Virus record (IMG/VR): IMGVR_UViG_3300049070_000149
Location: 1 to 49,805 of that record
Reading direction: 5' to 3' (one strand)
Length of the DNA stretch: 49,805 nucleotides
Source: a virus
Taxonomy: Duplodnaviria > Caudoviricetes
Shown: piece by piece, positions 1 to 8,851 of the stretch
How positions within the stretch are numbered: the first letter of the stretch is position 1
Layout of the letters: each line of letters starts with the position of its first letter
Position numbers and translations under genes: made by a program
The notes under the pieces: model-generated
What the model was told of the DNA's origin: nothing
The model's database searches: none
The model's input: only the letters and a program-made list of their open reading frames with translations

Positions 1-66
1 GGAGAGGGGGTGGGTCTGTGACCATACATACACATGGATGGATGGATAGATGTCTGAGAAAAGATT

Positions 67-178
67 GACTGGTAGGTTGATCAGACGCTAGGCGTTTGCT
101 GGGATTGAATTTACAGTCTGGTAGGCACGGCTAAGACGGTACAAATGTCTGTGGGTAGTCGCCACAACGATTCTAGTC
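67..178 (+). ncRNA. candidate multi-branch structured RNA
   Basis: No long ORF. Manual pairings: 67-72/173-178, 76-79/165-168, 82-88/92-98, 102-107/114-119, 129-133/156-160, 134-138/146-150. Confidence 0.35.
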
Positions 179-187
179 TACGTGGGT

Positions 188-269
188 AGCACAGTTAAGT
201 TAAAATGGGTAGGCGTAGCGGCTTCTTCAGAACGCTGGCCGTGCAAGGTTCGATTCCTTGCCTGTGTTA
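188..269 (+). ncRNA. tRNA-like element with enlarged, non-canonical anticodon loop
   Basis: Acceptor-like stem TAGCACAG/CTGTGTTA; T-arm CAAGG-TTCGATT-CCTTG; stem TAGCG/CGCTG closing a 12-nt loop. Confidence 0.6.
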
Positions 270-292
270 TTTCTTCAAAGGAGATAATTACC

Positions 293-475
293 GTGTGTGA
301 GATCAACCCAAAACACCAAGCATTCTTCAAGCTCGAAGCGTTCACTTCAAACCCTAACATGACTCAGGAAGAGTTTATGGAGGAAGTGCTCAATCGTTTG
401 CTTGAGATCGAGATGAAGTTGAACGCTGACGGTAAGTTTCGCTTCCACATTCACGGCGAGGATCATCAAAGATGA
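293..475 (+). CDS. hypothetical protein
   Basis: GTG start after GGGAG SD. The upstream part of ORF 182..475 overlaps the tRNA-like element, so I trimmed it. Confidence 0.5.
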   Translation: MCEINPKHQAFFKLEAFTSNPNMTQEEFMEEVLNRLLEIEMKLNADGKFRFHIHGEDHQR

Positions 476-511
476 AAGAAGCCAGCCACCACCAAACGCA
501 CACGCATTGAC

Positions 512-676
512 ATGGCGCTCGGTGTTGCGTGTCCTAAGTGCGGTGCTCCAAGCGGCGAGATGTGTGGATACTTTCATAGAAATGAAAGACTGCGGCATGT
601 CACACAGATCTGTCATCCTCAGCGCTACAAACTGAGCGAGTTCGAGGACCGAAAAGGTTTTGCAGAGGAGTCATGA
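512..676 (+). CDS. small zinc-finger protein
   Basis: Own translation MALGVACPKCGAPSGEMC...CHPQR; ATGA overlap with the next gene. Confidence 0.55.
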   Translation: MALGVACPKCGAPSGEMCGYFHRNERLRHVTQICHPQRYKLSEFEDRKGFAEES

Positions 677-897
677 CCAAAGCTGATGATCTTCTTCGTC
701 AGCATCCTGTACTCCCTAAACCACAGTGGCAGCTAAGGCTCAAAAGGCCGGCATGTCACTGTGGTCATATCTATAGGCTGCATAGGGATGGTCAGGCTTG
801 TAGACGACGTGATTGTTCTTGTGAGCAATACGTTCCAAGGGATGAGGAGCGTCCAACTACCCTACTTCCAAGTAATAACGAGGAGACACCTGGATGA
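673..897 (+). CDS. small Cys/His-rich protein
   Basis: CHCGH..H..C...CSC pattern; GAGGAG SD. Confidence 0.6.
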   Translation: MTKADDLLRQHPVLPKPQWQLRLKRPACHCGHIYRLHRDGQACRRRDCSCEQYVPRDEERPTTLLPSNNEETPG

Positions 898-1307
898 CAA
901 CCTTCACTTGTCGGCCTGAGTACAGGGCCAATGAGCCCACTGAATACTTCGTCCATGATGAAGAAGGGAGTAAGATCGGTGGTCCCTTTGATAATGCAAA
1001 GGAAGGAGCTGAGTGGTTAGCGACGCAGATGAACTGTAGGATGGAAGAAGAAGCTATCAACGACGAGGGTTGGGTAGTGACTCAACCAAACAAGCTTCAG
1101 TGTCCTTTCTGCTATCGCCCTTATTCCCAAGGGAAAGAGGAAGAGCACATTAGGGACTACCATCCTACGTTATACGACAAGATCAAACGAAGGAATCATT
1201 TAGCGCCAGTATTGCTACCAAAAGCTGCTGCCAAGAGAGCAAGAAAGGCAGCACAACGGCTGGTTAACAATCAACCACCAAGGGTGTTTCACAATGAAAC
1301 GACCTGA
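894..1307 (+). CDS. hypothetical protein with C2H2-like zinc finger
   Basis: CPFC-x12-HIRDYH; SD GAGGAG. Confidence 0.65.
   Translation: MTTFTCRPEYRANEPTEYFVHDEEGSKIGGPFDNAKEGAEWLATQMNCRMEEEAINDEGWVVTQPNKLQCPFCYRPYSQGKEEEHIRDYHPTLYDKIKRRNHLAPVLLPKAAAKRARKAAQRLVNNQPPRVFHNETT
1286..1300. repeat. parS-like palindrome copy 1 (GTTTCA-CAA-TGAAAC)
   Basis: Direct reading; contains the ATG of ORF 1294. Confidence 0.9.
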
Positions 1308-1659
1308 GAACGACACTACTAACCTGTCTGATAAGAGTGTTGCAAAGGCACTACGTGGAGTTATTGAAGAGTTTGGCTATATTTATCTTTCGTGGGGCTC
1401 GCCGCCAGATGACAAGCTACCTGGATGCAACATCGAGGCAGTATCAAAGGCCTTGGCCCAGCAACTAAACGAACGTGGAGGTTTCATGAAAAGCGTCGTG
1501 GCCCGTACGAAAGAGGGGCATCACCACAACCGGATTGAACAGGCCCAGCACGTCTGTTGCGACGGTCGACACGAGACGCCGTGCCCACAACCATGTCAGG
1601 CGTGCGTGGAAGAATGCGATCCATCGCTCGTAATCGCGGTGTCCGATGCCACCAGCTAA
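1294..1659 (+). CDS. hypothetical protein
   Basis: ORF in co-oriented early cluster; Cys-rich C-terminus. Confidence 0.55.
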   Translation: MKRPENDTTNLSDKSVAKALRGVIEEFGYIYLSWGSPPDDKLPGCNIEAVSKALAQQLNERGGFMKSVVARTKEGHHHNRIEQAQHVCCDGRHETPCPQPCQACVEECDPSLVIAVSDATS

Positions 1660-1832
1660 AGGGAGCCATCAGTGTATGCGTCGCTCGCCGCAGTTACGGG
1701 GTACCGATCTAGTCCGCTTGAACCTGACGTACGAGGCGGACATGCGCGACCGCATTCAGCGGTTGCAGCTGGTGTTCGGCCGACGGAGCGTCACCGACCT
1801 GATTGAACAGTTCGCCGCCAAAGGAAGCCATC

Positions 1833-2246
1833 ATGACTAACCAAATCGAAGTCACGGGCGCACGACGGAGCTACGTCATGGCGATGGCGATTCTGCAATC
1901 GGACCTGTATCGCAACGCAGACGACGAACTGAGGACTGCCGTGGACGACTCGCTGCGCGCCGCCAAAGGAAGCACGCCTCCTGGCCCGACAGCGGGTGAG
2001 TCACACGACTGCCAAATCGTCACGGCGCCTACCCATCGTGACGCGCCGTTTGAGCCAGAGCTGATCGAAATTGAGAAGCGTATCGAGGCGGCGATCCGCG
2101 CGCTGACCAGTCTGCACGACGACAACTGGCACGAGGAGTTCGAGGCAGCAGTTGAGGCCATCATGGACGACGTGGCGCACCTTGCCGTTGTCCACTACGC
2201 GGTCGCCAAAGAGAAGGAAGTCCGTTGTTCTTACTTGAACAAGTGA
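1833..2246 (+). CDS. hypothetical protein
   Basis: ATG after AAGGAAG within ORF 1803..2246; GC-richer patch. Confidence 0.55.
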   Translation: MTNQIEVTGARRSYVMAMAILQSDLYRNADDELRTAVDDSLRAAKGSTPPGPTAGESHDCQIVTAPTHRDAPFEPELIEIEKRIEAAIRALTSLHDDNWHEEFEAAVEAIMDDVAHLAVVHYAVAKEKEVRCSYLNK

Positions 2247-2279
2247 AGTAGTTAACCAATAAACCAAGAGGAACCAAAA

Positions 2280-2909
2280 ATGAAAGTTGAGACCTATGAA
2301 GTAATCTCGCTCGATGAGATCGACGGTACTGTAGTCAACGAAGTGGTCGATGAGGAAGCACTCCTCTTGATCGACCAACTCAATCTCACAGGGCAGCAAA
2401 GTCTCGTTAAGGATGTAGTAGTAGACGACGAGGTTGTAGTCAAGCGCAATCCCTATCGTAAGATGACAGGGGAAGAAGCCGCAATCTTCAATACGCTCCT
2501 TCCAAGACACGTCAAACTCACAGACTACAACGATGGTCCGATTCCGCTCCGTGTCCTTCAAGTAGCAGCTCACGCCAAGGAGTTGTTCGACGAGCTGCAG
2601 GTTTACTGTCCTTCCGATCCAAGGGCTCCTGATCCCTTGCTTGTGGGCATCATGGGCGGACGGAGCTATGCAGATAATCCACTAAGCGGAGGCGAGATAT
2701 TCCTCCTTGCTCGTTGGGGAGAGATTCTCGAACCGCTCGATGATCTCCGAAAGAAGGCACGAGTCATCATCGTAGCAAAAGTAAGGGCAACACTTGCTGC
2801 GAATAAGGGGAAGATCGCTCAGCTCGAAGCGTCTCTCGGTGAGCAGGTTGACTCATTCCTGCTCACAGGAGAACAGCCTGGTTTCTGGTTTGACGGTATT
2901 CGATTCTAA
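2280..2909 (+). CDS. hypothetical protein
   Basis: 209-aa ORF with GAGG SD. Confidence 0.75.
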   Translation: MKVETYEVISLDEIDGTVVNEVVDEEALLLIDQLNLTGQQSLVKDVVVDDEVVVKRNPYRKMTGEEAAIFNTLLPRHVKLTDYNDGPIPLRVLQVAAHAKELFDELQVYCPSDPRAPDPLLVGIMGGRSYADNPLSGGEIFLLARWGEILEPLDDLRKKARVIIVAKVRATLAANKGKIAQLEASLGEQVDSFLLTGEQPGFWFDGIRF

Positions 2910-3020
2910 GCCGAAATGGGATAGGCTGAGATACACACTCAGCTGACAAGTCAGGAGTATGGGCTGTGCCATACAAACCTGACTTCCCATACACAGTTAA
3001 ATGACTGTGCTGACGAGGCT
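2909..3020 (+). ncRNA. type II hammerhead ribozyme with large stem III insertion
   Basis: AGCC-GAAA-TGGGA...TCCCA-TA^-CACAGTT/GACTGTG-CTGACGA-GGCT. All core nucleotides and the G10.1-C11.1 pair are present; predicted cleavage after 2991. Confidence 0.85.
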
Positions 3021-3038
3021 AACAACACGGAGATCAAT

Positions 3039-3308
3039 ATGGCTAATGTCAAGTGTTCAAGTAGGAACAACGGACTTCCTTGTCCAGAAGATGCTACTCA
3101 CTTAAACAGCTTAGCACAGTATTATTGTGCTGGTTGTTATTTATTGAGTGAGCGAACAATCTCTCTCCTCAACGACTTGAGAGAGAGGATTAATAGAGAA
3201 ACGCCTTCAGCGAAAGCCCCGCTTATTTCAGCTCCTATGGCCGACACAGGCAAAGGTTACGTCGGAACCAAACTCGATGTAGCGGAGAAGATAAATGCCC
3301 ACGCTTGA
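3039..3308 (+). CDS. hypothetical Cys-containing protein
   Basis: ORF with GGAG SD. Confidence 0.6.
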   Translation: MANVKCSSRNNGLPCPEDATHLNSLAQYYCAGCYLLSERTISLLNDLRERINRETPSAKAPLISAPMADTGKGYVGTKLDVAEKINAHA

Positions 3309-4872
3309 TTTATCAGGTGTCACCGCACCAAGCATCAGTGCTGACCCAATCCGTGAGGGCGGCTTCATTCCTTCCCCTCAACAAGAAGTAATCTTCGATC
3401 ACGTTAAAAATGGTCAGGGATCAAGCATTGTTATAGCTGTAGCTGGCGCCGGCAAGACCACCACTGCTCGTAAGGCATGTAAGCTCATGTCAGGGTCAGT
3501 AGTATTTACCTCTTTCAATAAGAAGATCGCTGACGAGATTAGCTATAAGCTGCGCGAAGATGGAGCTGGCCCTAACGTCTCTGCTAAAACATTCCACTCC
3601 ATCGGCTATGGAGCATGGCGCAAGATTGCACCAAGCGTCAGAGTTGAAGAGGACAAGATCAGTGATATATGCGACGACCTTGCCATTGACTACAAGCTCA
3701 AAGGGTCGGTTCGTAAGCTAGTCTCACTGGTCCGTAATCATGGCTTTGGCGTTGGGACCATTCCTCTAGCTGACGAGGATAACTGGAGAGATATTATCGA
3801 GCACTTCCAGTTAGCACACGACGCTGACGAAGATGACGACGAGGGTTTCATCTTAACCCTCATTGAGGAAAGCCTCCGTGTACTCAAGACCAGCAACGCT
3901 ACACTCGGTCAAGTCATAGATTATGACGACATGATCTATGCGCCATTACTAACCGGCGCTCCAATCTGGCAGAACGATTGGGTCTTGATCGACGAAGCTC
4001 AAGACACCAATCCTACTCGTCAGATGCTTGCACGTAGGATGCTCAAGCCTAGTGGGCGTCTTATGGCAATCGGTGATCCACGTCAGGCGATCTATGGCTT
4101 CACTGGTGCAAGTGCCAACGCAATGCAGGATATCAAAGACGAGTTTGGCTGTATTGAGCTTCCCCTCACCGTAACCTACCGCTGTCCTAAGTCGGTGGTG
4201 CGCGAAGCTAGGAAGATCGTCAGCCACATCGAGGCGCACGAGTCAGCGCCAGAGGGTGAGCATCTCCAGATGGACGAGGAAGGCTTTAAGAAGCTCATTA
4301 GAGCTAAAACCCTTCAACGCTCTGACGCTGTTATTTGCCGTAACACACGGCCCCTTATCACCTTGGCCTTCGAGATGATTAGGAATAAGATTCCTTGTCA
4401 CGTCGAGGGAAGGGAGATTGGCCGTGGCCTTATCGCGCTGACCAAGCGTTGGAAGATTCGCAACGCACGAGACTTCATGGAGCGTCTCTGGGAGTGGCAT
4501 GACGAGCAGGTCGAGAAGCTCAAAAATAAGAAGAAGGACCGCGAGGCTGAGGCCATTCACGATAAGGTCTCGACGATCGACGTGTTTGTTAAGCATCTAC
4601 TTGTTGGCGCTTCGACGGATGATCTTCGCAGGGAGATTGACGCGCTATTTGGAGATACTCCCGAGGGTCATCCATCACAGAACCTTACCTTAAGTACTGT
4701 GCATAAGGCCAAAGGAAGAGAGTGGCCGACGGTATATCTCTGGGGAAGGAATCTCTACATGCCCTCGCAGTATGCGAAGCAAGAATGGCAGGTGGAGCAA
4801 GAGATGAATCTGATCTACGTTGCGGTGACGAGAGCGAAGGAGAGGCTCGTGGAGGTTAGTGTTGATCTATGA
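3295..4872 (+). CDS. UvrD/Rep-like superfamily 1 helicase
   Basis: AVAGAGKT, DEAQD, GDPRQAIYGF, TYRCP, STVHKAKGREW, YVAVTRAK motifs. Confidence 0.95.
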   Translation: MPTLDLSGVTAPSISADPIREGGFIPSPQQEVIFDHVKNGQGSSIVIAVAGAGKTTTARKACKLMSGSVVFTSFNKKIADEISYKLREDGAGPNVSAKTFHSIGYGAWRKIAPSVRVEEDKISDICDDLAIDYKLKGSVRKLVSLVRNHGFGVGTIPLADEDNWRDIIEHFQLAHDADEDDDEGFILTLIEESLRVLKTSNATLGQVIDYDDMIYAPLLTGAPIWQNDWVLIDEAQDTNPTRQMLARRMLKPSGRLMAIGDPRQAIYGFTGASANAMQDIKDEFGCIELPLTVTYRCPKSVVREARKIVSHIEAHESAPEGEHLQMDEEGFKKLIRAKTLQRSDAVICRNTRPLITLAFEMIRNKIPCHVEGREIGRGLIALTKRWKIRNARDFMERLWEWHDEQVEKLKNKKKDREAEAIHDKVSTIDVFVKHLLVGASTDDLRREIDALFGDTPEGHPSQNLTLSTVHKAKGREWPTVYLWGRNLYMPSQYAKQEWQVEQEMNLIYVAVTRAKERLVEVSVDL

Positions 4873-5305
4873 GACTCGCATTTACTGGTACTCGTCAAGG
4901 TTGTACAGTGCATCAAAAAGCTGAATTGATGCGCTTCTTTGATGACTTACGAAATAATGGCGGTAATCTCGAGACCATCGTCGCTGTACACGGGGCTTGT
5001 ATGGGCGCTGATGTGCAGTTTCACAAAGCCTGTCTTGCTGCTGGCGTTGCAACTATCGTGATCTGGCCTAGTAATAACCAGAGCACTAATAGAGTAACTG
5101 CTTGCACACAGCTAGACTTACAAAAAAAGGGTTACTTATTCACAGCGAACAGGAGCCGCTTATCCGAAACGAGGATATAGTCCGAGGAGCTGACTTTCTC
5201 CTTGCCTGCCCTAAGGAATCAGAGGAGATTCGTCGTTCAGGTACTTGGGCCACAATTCGACTGGCACGAAAGTATGGAGTGCCAATGGAGGTAATCTTTC
5301 CATGA
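4869..5305 (+). CDS. SLOG/DprA-like nucleotide-binding protein split by a -1 frameshift at 5123-5129
   Basis: FTGTR and HGACMGAD in 4869..5180; RNEDIV...LLACP...SGTWATIRLARK in the -1 frame; A_AAA_AAG at the junction. Confidence 0.75.
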
Positions 5306-5417
5306 TAGGCGCAATTACAGTAATCGCTTGCATTCTCTTATGGATTGGTTCTATTCTAAAGGACATTAATAACAATCTTGTGAGTTTTGCCACTCTTTAT
5401 CAAGAGGATAAACACAG

Positions 5418-5747
5418 ATGACTAGCCTCCTCCCCAAGTCCTGTGCTCAAACCCAACTTGCCGTAGTCAAAGCTGGCACCATCACCATGCTTCTCCTACG
5501 CCGTTCTCCAGACGAAGGTATCTTATTCTGGGATGGTGAGCCTGTTGCAATCAGTACCGCCGGCGTAGTCTACTATCATCAAGCCGATCGAAAGGGTGGT
5601 TGTACAAAGGCTATCGCAGCACTAGATGTAAATGCTCCACACATCTCCTGCGATGCTTCCACATTTGACTTCGTTATAGGGAGTCTCTTGACGAGGACAG
5701 GACTACCGCTGACGATGATGTTGAAGGGCGGTAATGACGCCAAGTGA
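5418..5747 (+). CDS. hypothetical protein
   Basis: ORF with GAGG SD. Confidence 0.6.
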   Translation: MTSLLPKSCAQTQLAVVKAGTITMLLLRRSPDEGILFWDGEPVAISTAGVVYYHQADRKGGCTKAIAALDVNAPHISCDASTFDFVIGSLLTRTGLPLTMMLKGGNDAK

Positions 5748-5935
5748 TTATCCGCTTCATCAATCGCCCTAACACAGAACTCAAGATCGCCCCTAGATTT
5801 GACTCCGACGGCGACTTGATATTCTGGTCTATACATAACGATACAGGGCAGTATGTGATGACTTGGATACCAAGAGAGGTAGTTGCTCGTATCAGAGATC
5901 ACCTAAACAATCTCCTAGGAGACAAAAATGGCTAG
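5744..5935 (+). CDS. hypothetical protein
   Basis: Translationally coupled ORF. Confidence 0.5.
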   Translation: MIIRFINRPNTELKIAPRFDSDGDLIFWSIHNDTGQYVMTWIPREVVARIRDHLNNLLGDKNG

Positions 5936-6269
5936 AGGCTTTGCTCGTTTATCCCCTGAACGTCAGCGTGAAATCGCTTCGAAGGGCGGGAAGGCCGCTC
6001 ACGCACTCGGTCGAGCGCACGAGTTCACATCTAATGAAGCAAGGAAGGCAGGAAGGAAAGGCGGCTTAACAGTTAGTAAAGATCGAGAGTATATGTCTAT
6101 GATTGGGAAGAGGGGCGGGACGAATAGAAGGAAGAGATGGTTCACTTGTCAGTGTGGTGAGCACTTCCGGTATATGTATAAACTAATCGCGCATCAAAAG
6201 GAAGCAGGGCACATCAAAGCAGTCAGCGTTATAGTAACCGTTCCTGCCCATACCGACAACGGAGAGTAG
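5928..6269 (+). CDS. KGG-repeat general stress protein with C-terminal C2H2-like finger
   Basis: GFARLSPERQREIASKGG, HEFTSNEARKAGRKGG, IGKRGG; then CQCGEHF...HQKEAGH. Confidence 0.85.
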   Translation: MARGFARLSPERQREIASKGGKAAHALGRAHEFTSNEARKAGRKGGLTVSKDREYMSMIGKRGGTNRRKRWFTCQCGEHFRYMYKLIAHQKEAGHIKAVSVIVTVPAHTDNGE

Positions 6270-6270
6270 A

Positions 6271-6792
6271 ATGGGCTATTCAACTAGTCCTCAGACTGTC
6301 CGTCGTATTCTACCTGACTTAATCCCTCTTTATCAAAGACGCACACAGGTCTGGAGCGATATAGACTCACCTGGTACTTGGGCGTATAAGATAAGAGAGG
6401 CCTTCTCTATCGCCAAGGCTAATCCAGATATGTTCCCTGAGTTGGCTGATGTTGCAGGGAAGTATCAAATCGTCCTTGGAACAAAGTGTGTGATAGCGCG
6501 GTGGGTAGGAGTAGCTCCTATAAGCACAGCGAAAGAACTAGTCGACGCTTTAAGTGAGACTCCCCCAGAGCGGCAGCAAACTCGAACCCTCGTCAACCCA
6601 ACGTTCAGTCAGATTATACAGGCCTACATAGATCAGCAATCAAGCCAGGTGCCGATCTATTGTAAGCAGGTAACACTGAGTAATCCGGAGATTGAGGGGT
6701 TAGAACGATGGGCGAAGCAGATAGGATGGGTGATTTATCTTCAGGGAGATACCCTGAGTCTCAGACCATCAACAAAGGATGTTTCACTATGA
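6271..6792 (+). CDS. hypothetical protein
   Basis: 173-aa ORF with GGAG SD. Confidence 0.7.
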   Translation: MGYSTSPQTVRRILPDLIPLYQRRTQVWSDIDSPGTWAYKIREAFSIAKANPDMFPELADVAGKYQIVLGTKCVIARWVGVAPISTAKELVDALSETPPERQQTRTLVNPTFSQIIQAYIDQQSSQVPIYCKQVTLSNPEIEGLERWAKQIGWVIYLQGDTLSLRPSTKDVSL

Positions 6793-6795
6793 AAC
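6781..6795. repeat. parS-like palindrome copy 2 (GTTTCA-CTA-TGAAAC)
   Basis: Direct reading; spans the stop/start overlap of two genes. Confidence 0.9.
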
Positions 6796-6995
6796 GACCT
6801 GACAACGATATGGAACCACTAAATCACGCCGAGAGGAAGTTTCTTGAAGAAGCGTTAACTCAAACTCTATGGGAAGTATTTTATCACATGGAGCTTGATA
6901 AGTTTGCAAAGGCTATTGTCAATAATGAGATTGACGGTAACGACCATCCAGCCTTTAGAGAAGTTGCTAAGGCAATAATAAGAAGGATGCCCTAA
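6789..6995 (+). CDS. hypothetical protein
   Basis: ATG inside the palindrome, AAGGA SD; starts MKRPDND, like ORF 1294 (MKRPEND). Confidence 0.6.
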   Translation: MKRPDNDMEPLNHAERKFLEEALTQTLWEVFYHMELDKFAKAIVNNEIDGNDHPAFREVAKAIIRRMP

Positions 6996-7009
6996 TGCGA
7001 TTCACAGGG

Positions 7010-7038
7010 TTGACAAAAATGCCCCTTTGTGTTATATT
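7010..7038 (+). promoter_or_regulatory. sigma70-type promoter
   Basis: TTGACA-17 bp-TATATT with extended -10 TG. Confidence 0.7.
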
Positions 7039-7081
7039 GCCGGTCGTCCCATACCAACGCGGAAACCCCAACCAAACCTTT

Positions 7082-7513
7082 ATGCGCCGAGCAGTAAACA
7101 ACGCATTCGTAGTCTGGGATGCCGACGTGAAAAAGGATATATTGATCGAGTTCTCTGCGTACCTGCCGATGCAAGGGGCAAGAGCGTGGTTCATCCAGTC
7201 AGGATTGAATAAGTTCATCGAGTCAGTTCAGTACTCACCACGCCTCCAGCGCAAAGTAAAAGACCAAGTACAAGACATGATCTCTGGCGGGAAGGAAGAT
7301 CGCACAGGGCTCATGTCTATCAGCACACGTATTACTCAGCATTCCTACAATCGCTTCAATGATATGTTTCCTGAGTGGGGATCAACGACTTGGTTTGTGA
7401 GAAGGTCAGTGACGAGTCTGGTCCTTTACATGAGGGAGCATAACATCAATCTTGAAGAGTTGGTAGAAGTCAGTGTGAGTAATACGCTCATTAATGTGCA
7501 GAAGGCCTCTTAA
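7082..7513 (+). CDS. hypothetical protein (possible DNA-binding)
   Basis: ATG downstream of the promoter within ORF 6995..7513. Confidence 0.6.
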   Translation: MRRAVNNAFVVWDADVKKDILIEFSAYLPMQGARAWFIQSGLNKFIESVQYSPRLQRKVKDQVQDMISGGKEDRTGLMSISTRITQHSYNRFNDMFPEWGSTTWFVRRSVTSLVLYMREHNINLEELVEVSVSNTLINVQKAS

Positions 7514-7701
7514 TGAACGTTGGCATCTGCGAACGCTGTAAAGAGAACGCTAACGGCGGTCGCATCTGTATCCGCTGTGACGATTGGGAGACTGTTCTTG
7601 GTCGCCTAATCAAGATGAAGTTGGACGACACAGTAGCTTTTGTTGATCTTTCTTCCAGAGCTAAAAACGAGGGAAGATTCCCTCCACAATTCAGGAAATG
7701 A
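7513..7701 (+). CDS. small CxxC-CxxC protein
   Basis: CERC...CIRC. Confidence 0.55.
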   Translation: MNVGICERCKENANGGRICIRCDDWETVLGRLIKMKLDDTVAFVDLSSRAKNEGRFPPQFRK

Positions 7702-8669
7702 CTTCACCTAACGCGGACCTCACTCAGATCGAGCCTAGACGCTCGCCTCATATCAATCGAACCATAGACAATACCGCAATGGCAGCTTACATGCGCTGCC
7801 CGCGCGAGTATCTATATGGTTATGTCTTACACCGAAGGAGACGCGGTGCAAAGTCTCCCGCCCTCACTTTCGGCACTACGTGGCACGCTATACTACAAGC
7901 CCACTACGAGACTGGTGGGAATGTAGATGCCGTAGCTAGAGCTGCAGTAATGTCTTGGGAACCACACGGCAATCCTGACGATCATCGCACGGTCGAGCGA
8001 GCAATGGCCGCTTACGAACCATACCTTGCTCGCTGGGGAGATCATACCACTGAGATTAAAATCTGGGGAAAGACGGTCGGTTTCCCTGATGCTCCCATCG
8101 TTGAGAAGCCAGCTGAGATATGGTGGCCAGGCGCACTCCATCCCTACTGCGGAAAGATTGATAGGGTTGTTGAGTACCAAGGCCTCTACTATGTCGAGGA
8201 CCATAAGACCAGTTCTCAGCTAGGCAGTAGCTATTTCAAGCAGTTTGACCCATCCAACCAGATGATGGGCTATGCGTTCCTTGCGCAGAAGCTCACAGGC
8301 TTACCAATCGCCGGCGTAAGGATCAATGCGTTCGGAGTACTGAAAACGCAAAACAAGTTCGAGAGACAGACGGTGATGTTCTCGCAGGATAGGTTGAATG
8401 AGTGGGCAGAGAACTACAACATGTGGGTCAGACGCATCGAACATTCAATGGAGATGTACTCTAGAGATAACGATGGCGACGAACTTCGTGAAACCACCAA
8501 GCTAGTTTCTTTCCCTCACAACTTCAATTCCTGTGCAGGCAAGTACGGTATGTGTTCTTATACCGACGTTTGCACCTCACCTGTCCGTATCAGAGGACGC
8601 ATCCTAGAGGCTGATTATGACTACGCGCCCTGGGACCCGATGAATCCAGAGGGGGATGATACAGAATGA
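7698..8669 (+). CDS. Cas4-like / PD-(D/E)XK exonuclease
   Basis: RCPR, GTTWH, GKIDRV..EDHKT, QMMGY, C-terminal C..C..C cluster. Confidence 0.85.
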   Translation: MTSPNADLTQIEPRRSPHINRTIDNTAMAAYMRCPREYLYGYVLHRRRRGAKSPALTFGTTWHAILQAHYETGGNVDAVARAAVMSWEPHGNPDDHRTVERAMAAYEPYLARWGDHTTEIKIWGKTVGFPDAPIVEKPAEIWWPGALHPYCGKIDRVVEYQGLYYVEDHKTSSQLGSSYFKQFDPSNQMMGYAFLAQKLTGLPIAGVRINAFGVLKTQNKFERQTVMFSQDRLNEWAENYNMWVRRIEHSMEMYSRDNDGDELRETTKLVSFPHNFNSCAGKYGMCSYTDVCTSPVRIRGRILEADYDYAPWDPMNPEGDDTE

Positions 8670-8851
8670 AACTCAGTGAACTACTGGAACACCTAAACGC
8701 AGCTAAAGGAAATTTAGCTGCGAGTGATGTTGAGGTAGCTATCAATCTTTATTGTCAAAAAGGCGACTTCAATGTATGGTTAGATATTGATGACGTAGGA
8801 CACGCAATTCTTGGTGAGATAACCATTGAAGCCAAAACGGATGTAGCATGA
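8666..8851 (+). CDS. hypothetical protein
   Basis: Coupled ORF. Confidence 0.55.
   Translation: MKLSELLEHLNAAKGNLAASDVEVAINLYCQKGDFNVWLDIDDVGHAILGEITIEAKTDVA

Noticed and set aside
188-269. Functional tRNA-Sec or opal suppressor and genome recoding
   Set aside because: Anticodon loop is 12 nt, the D-arm is weak, and conserved genes are intact in code 11 with normal TGA stops
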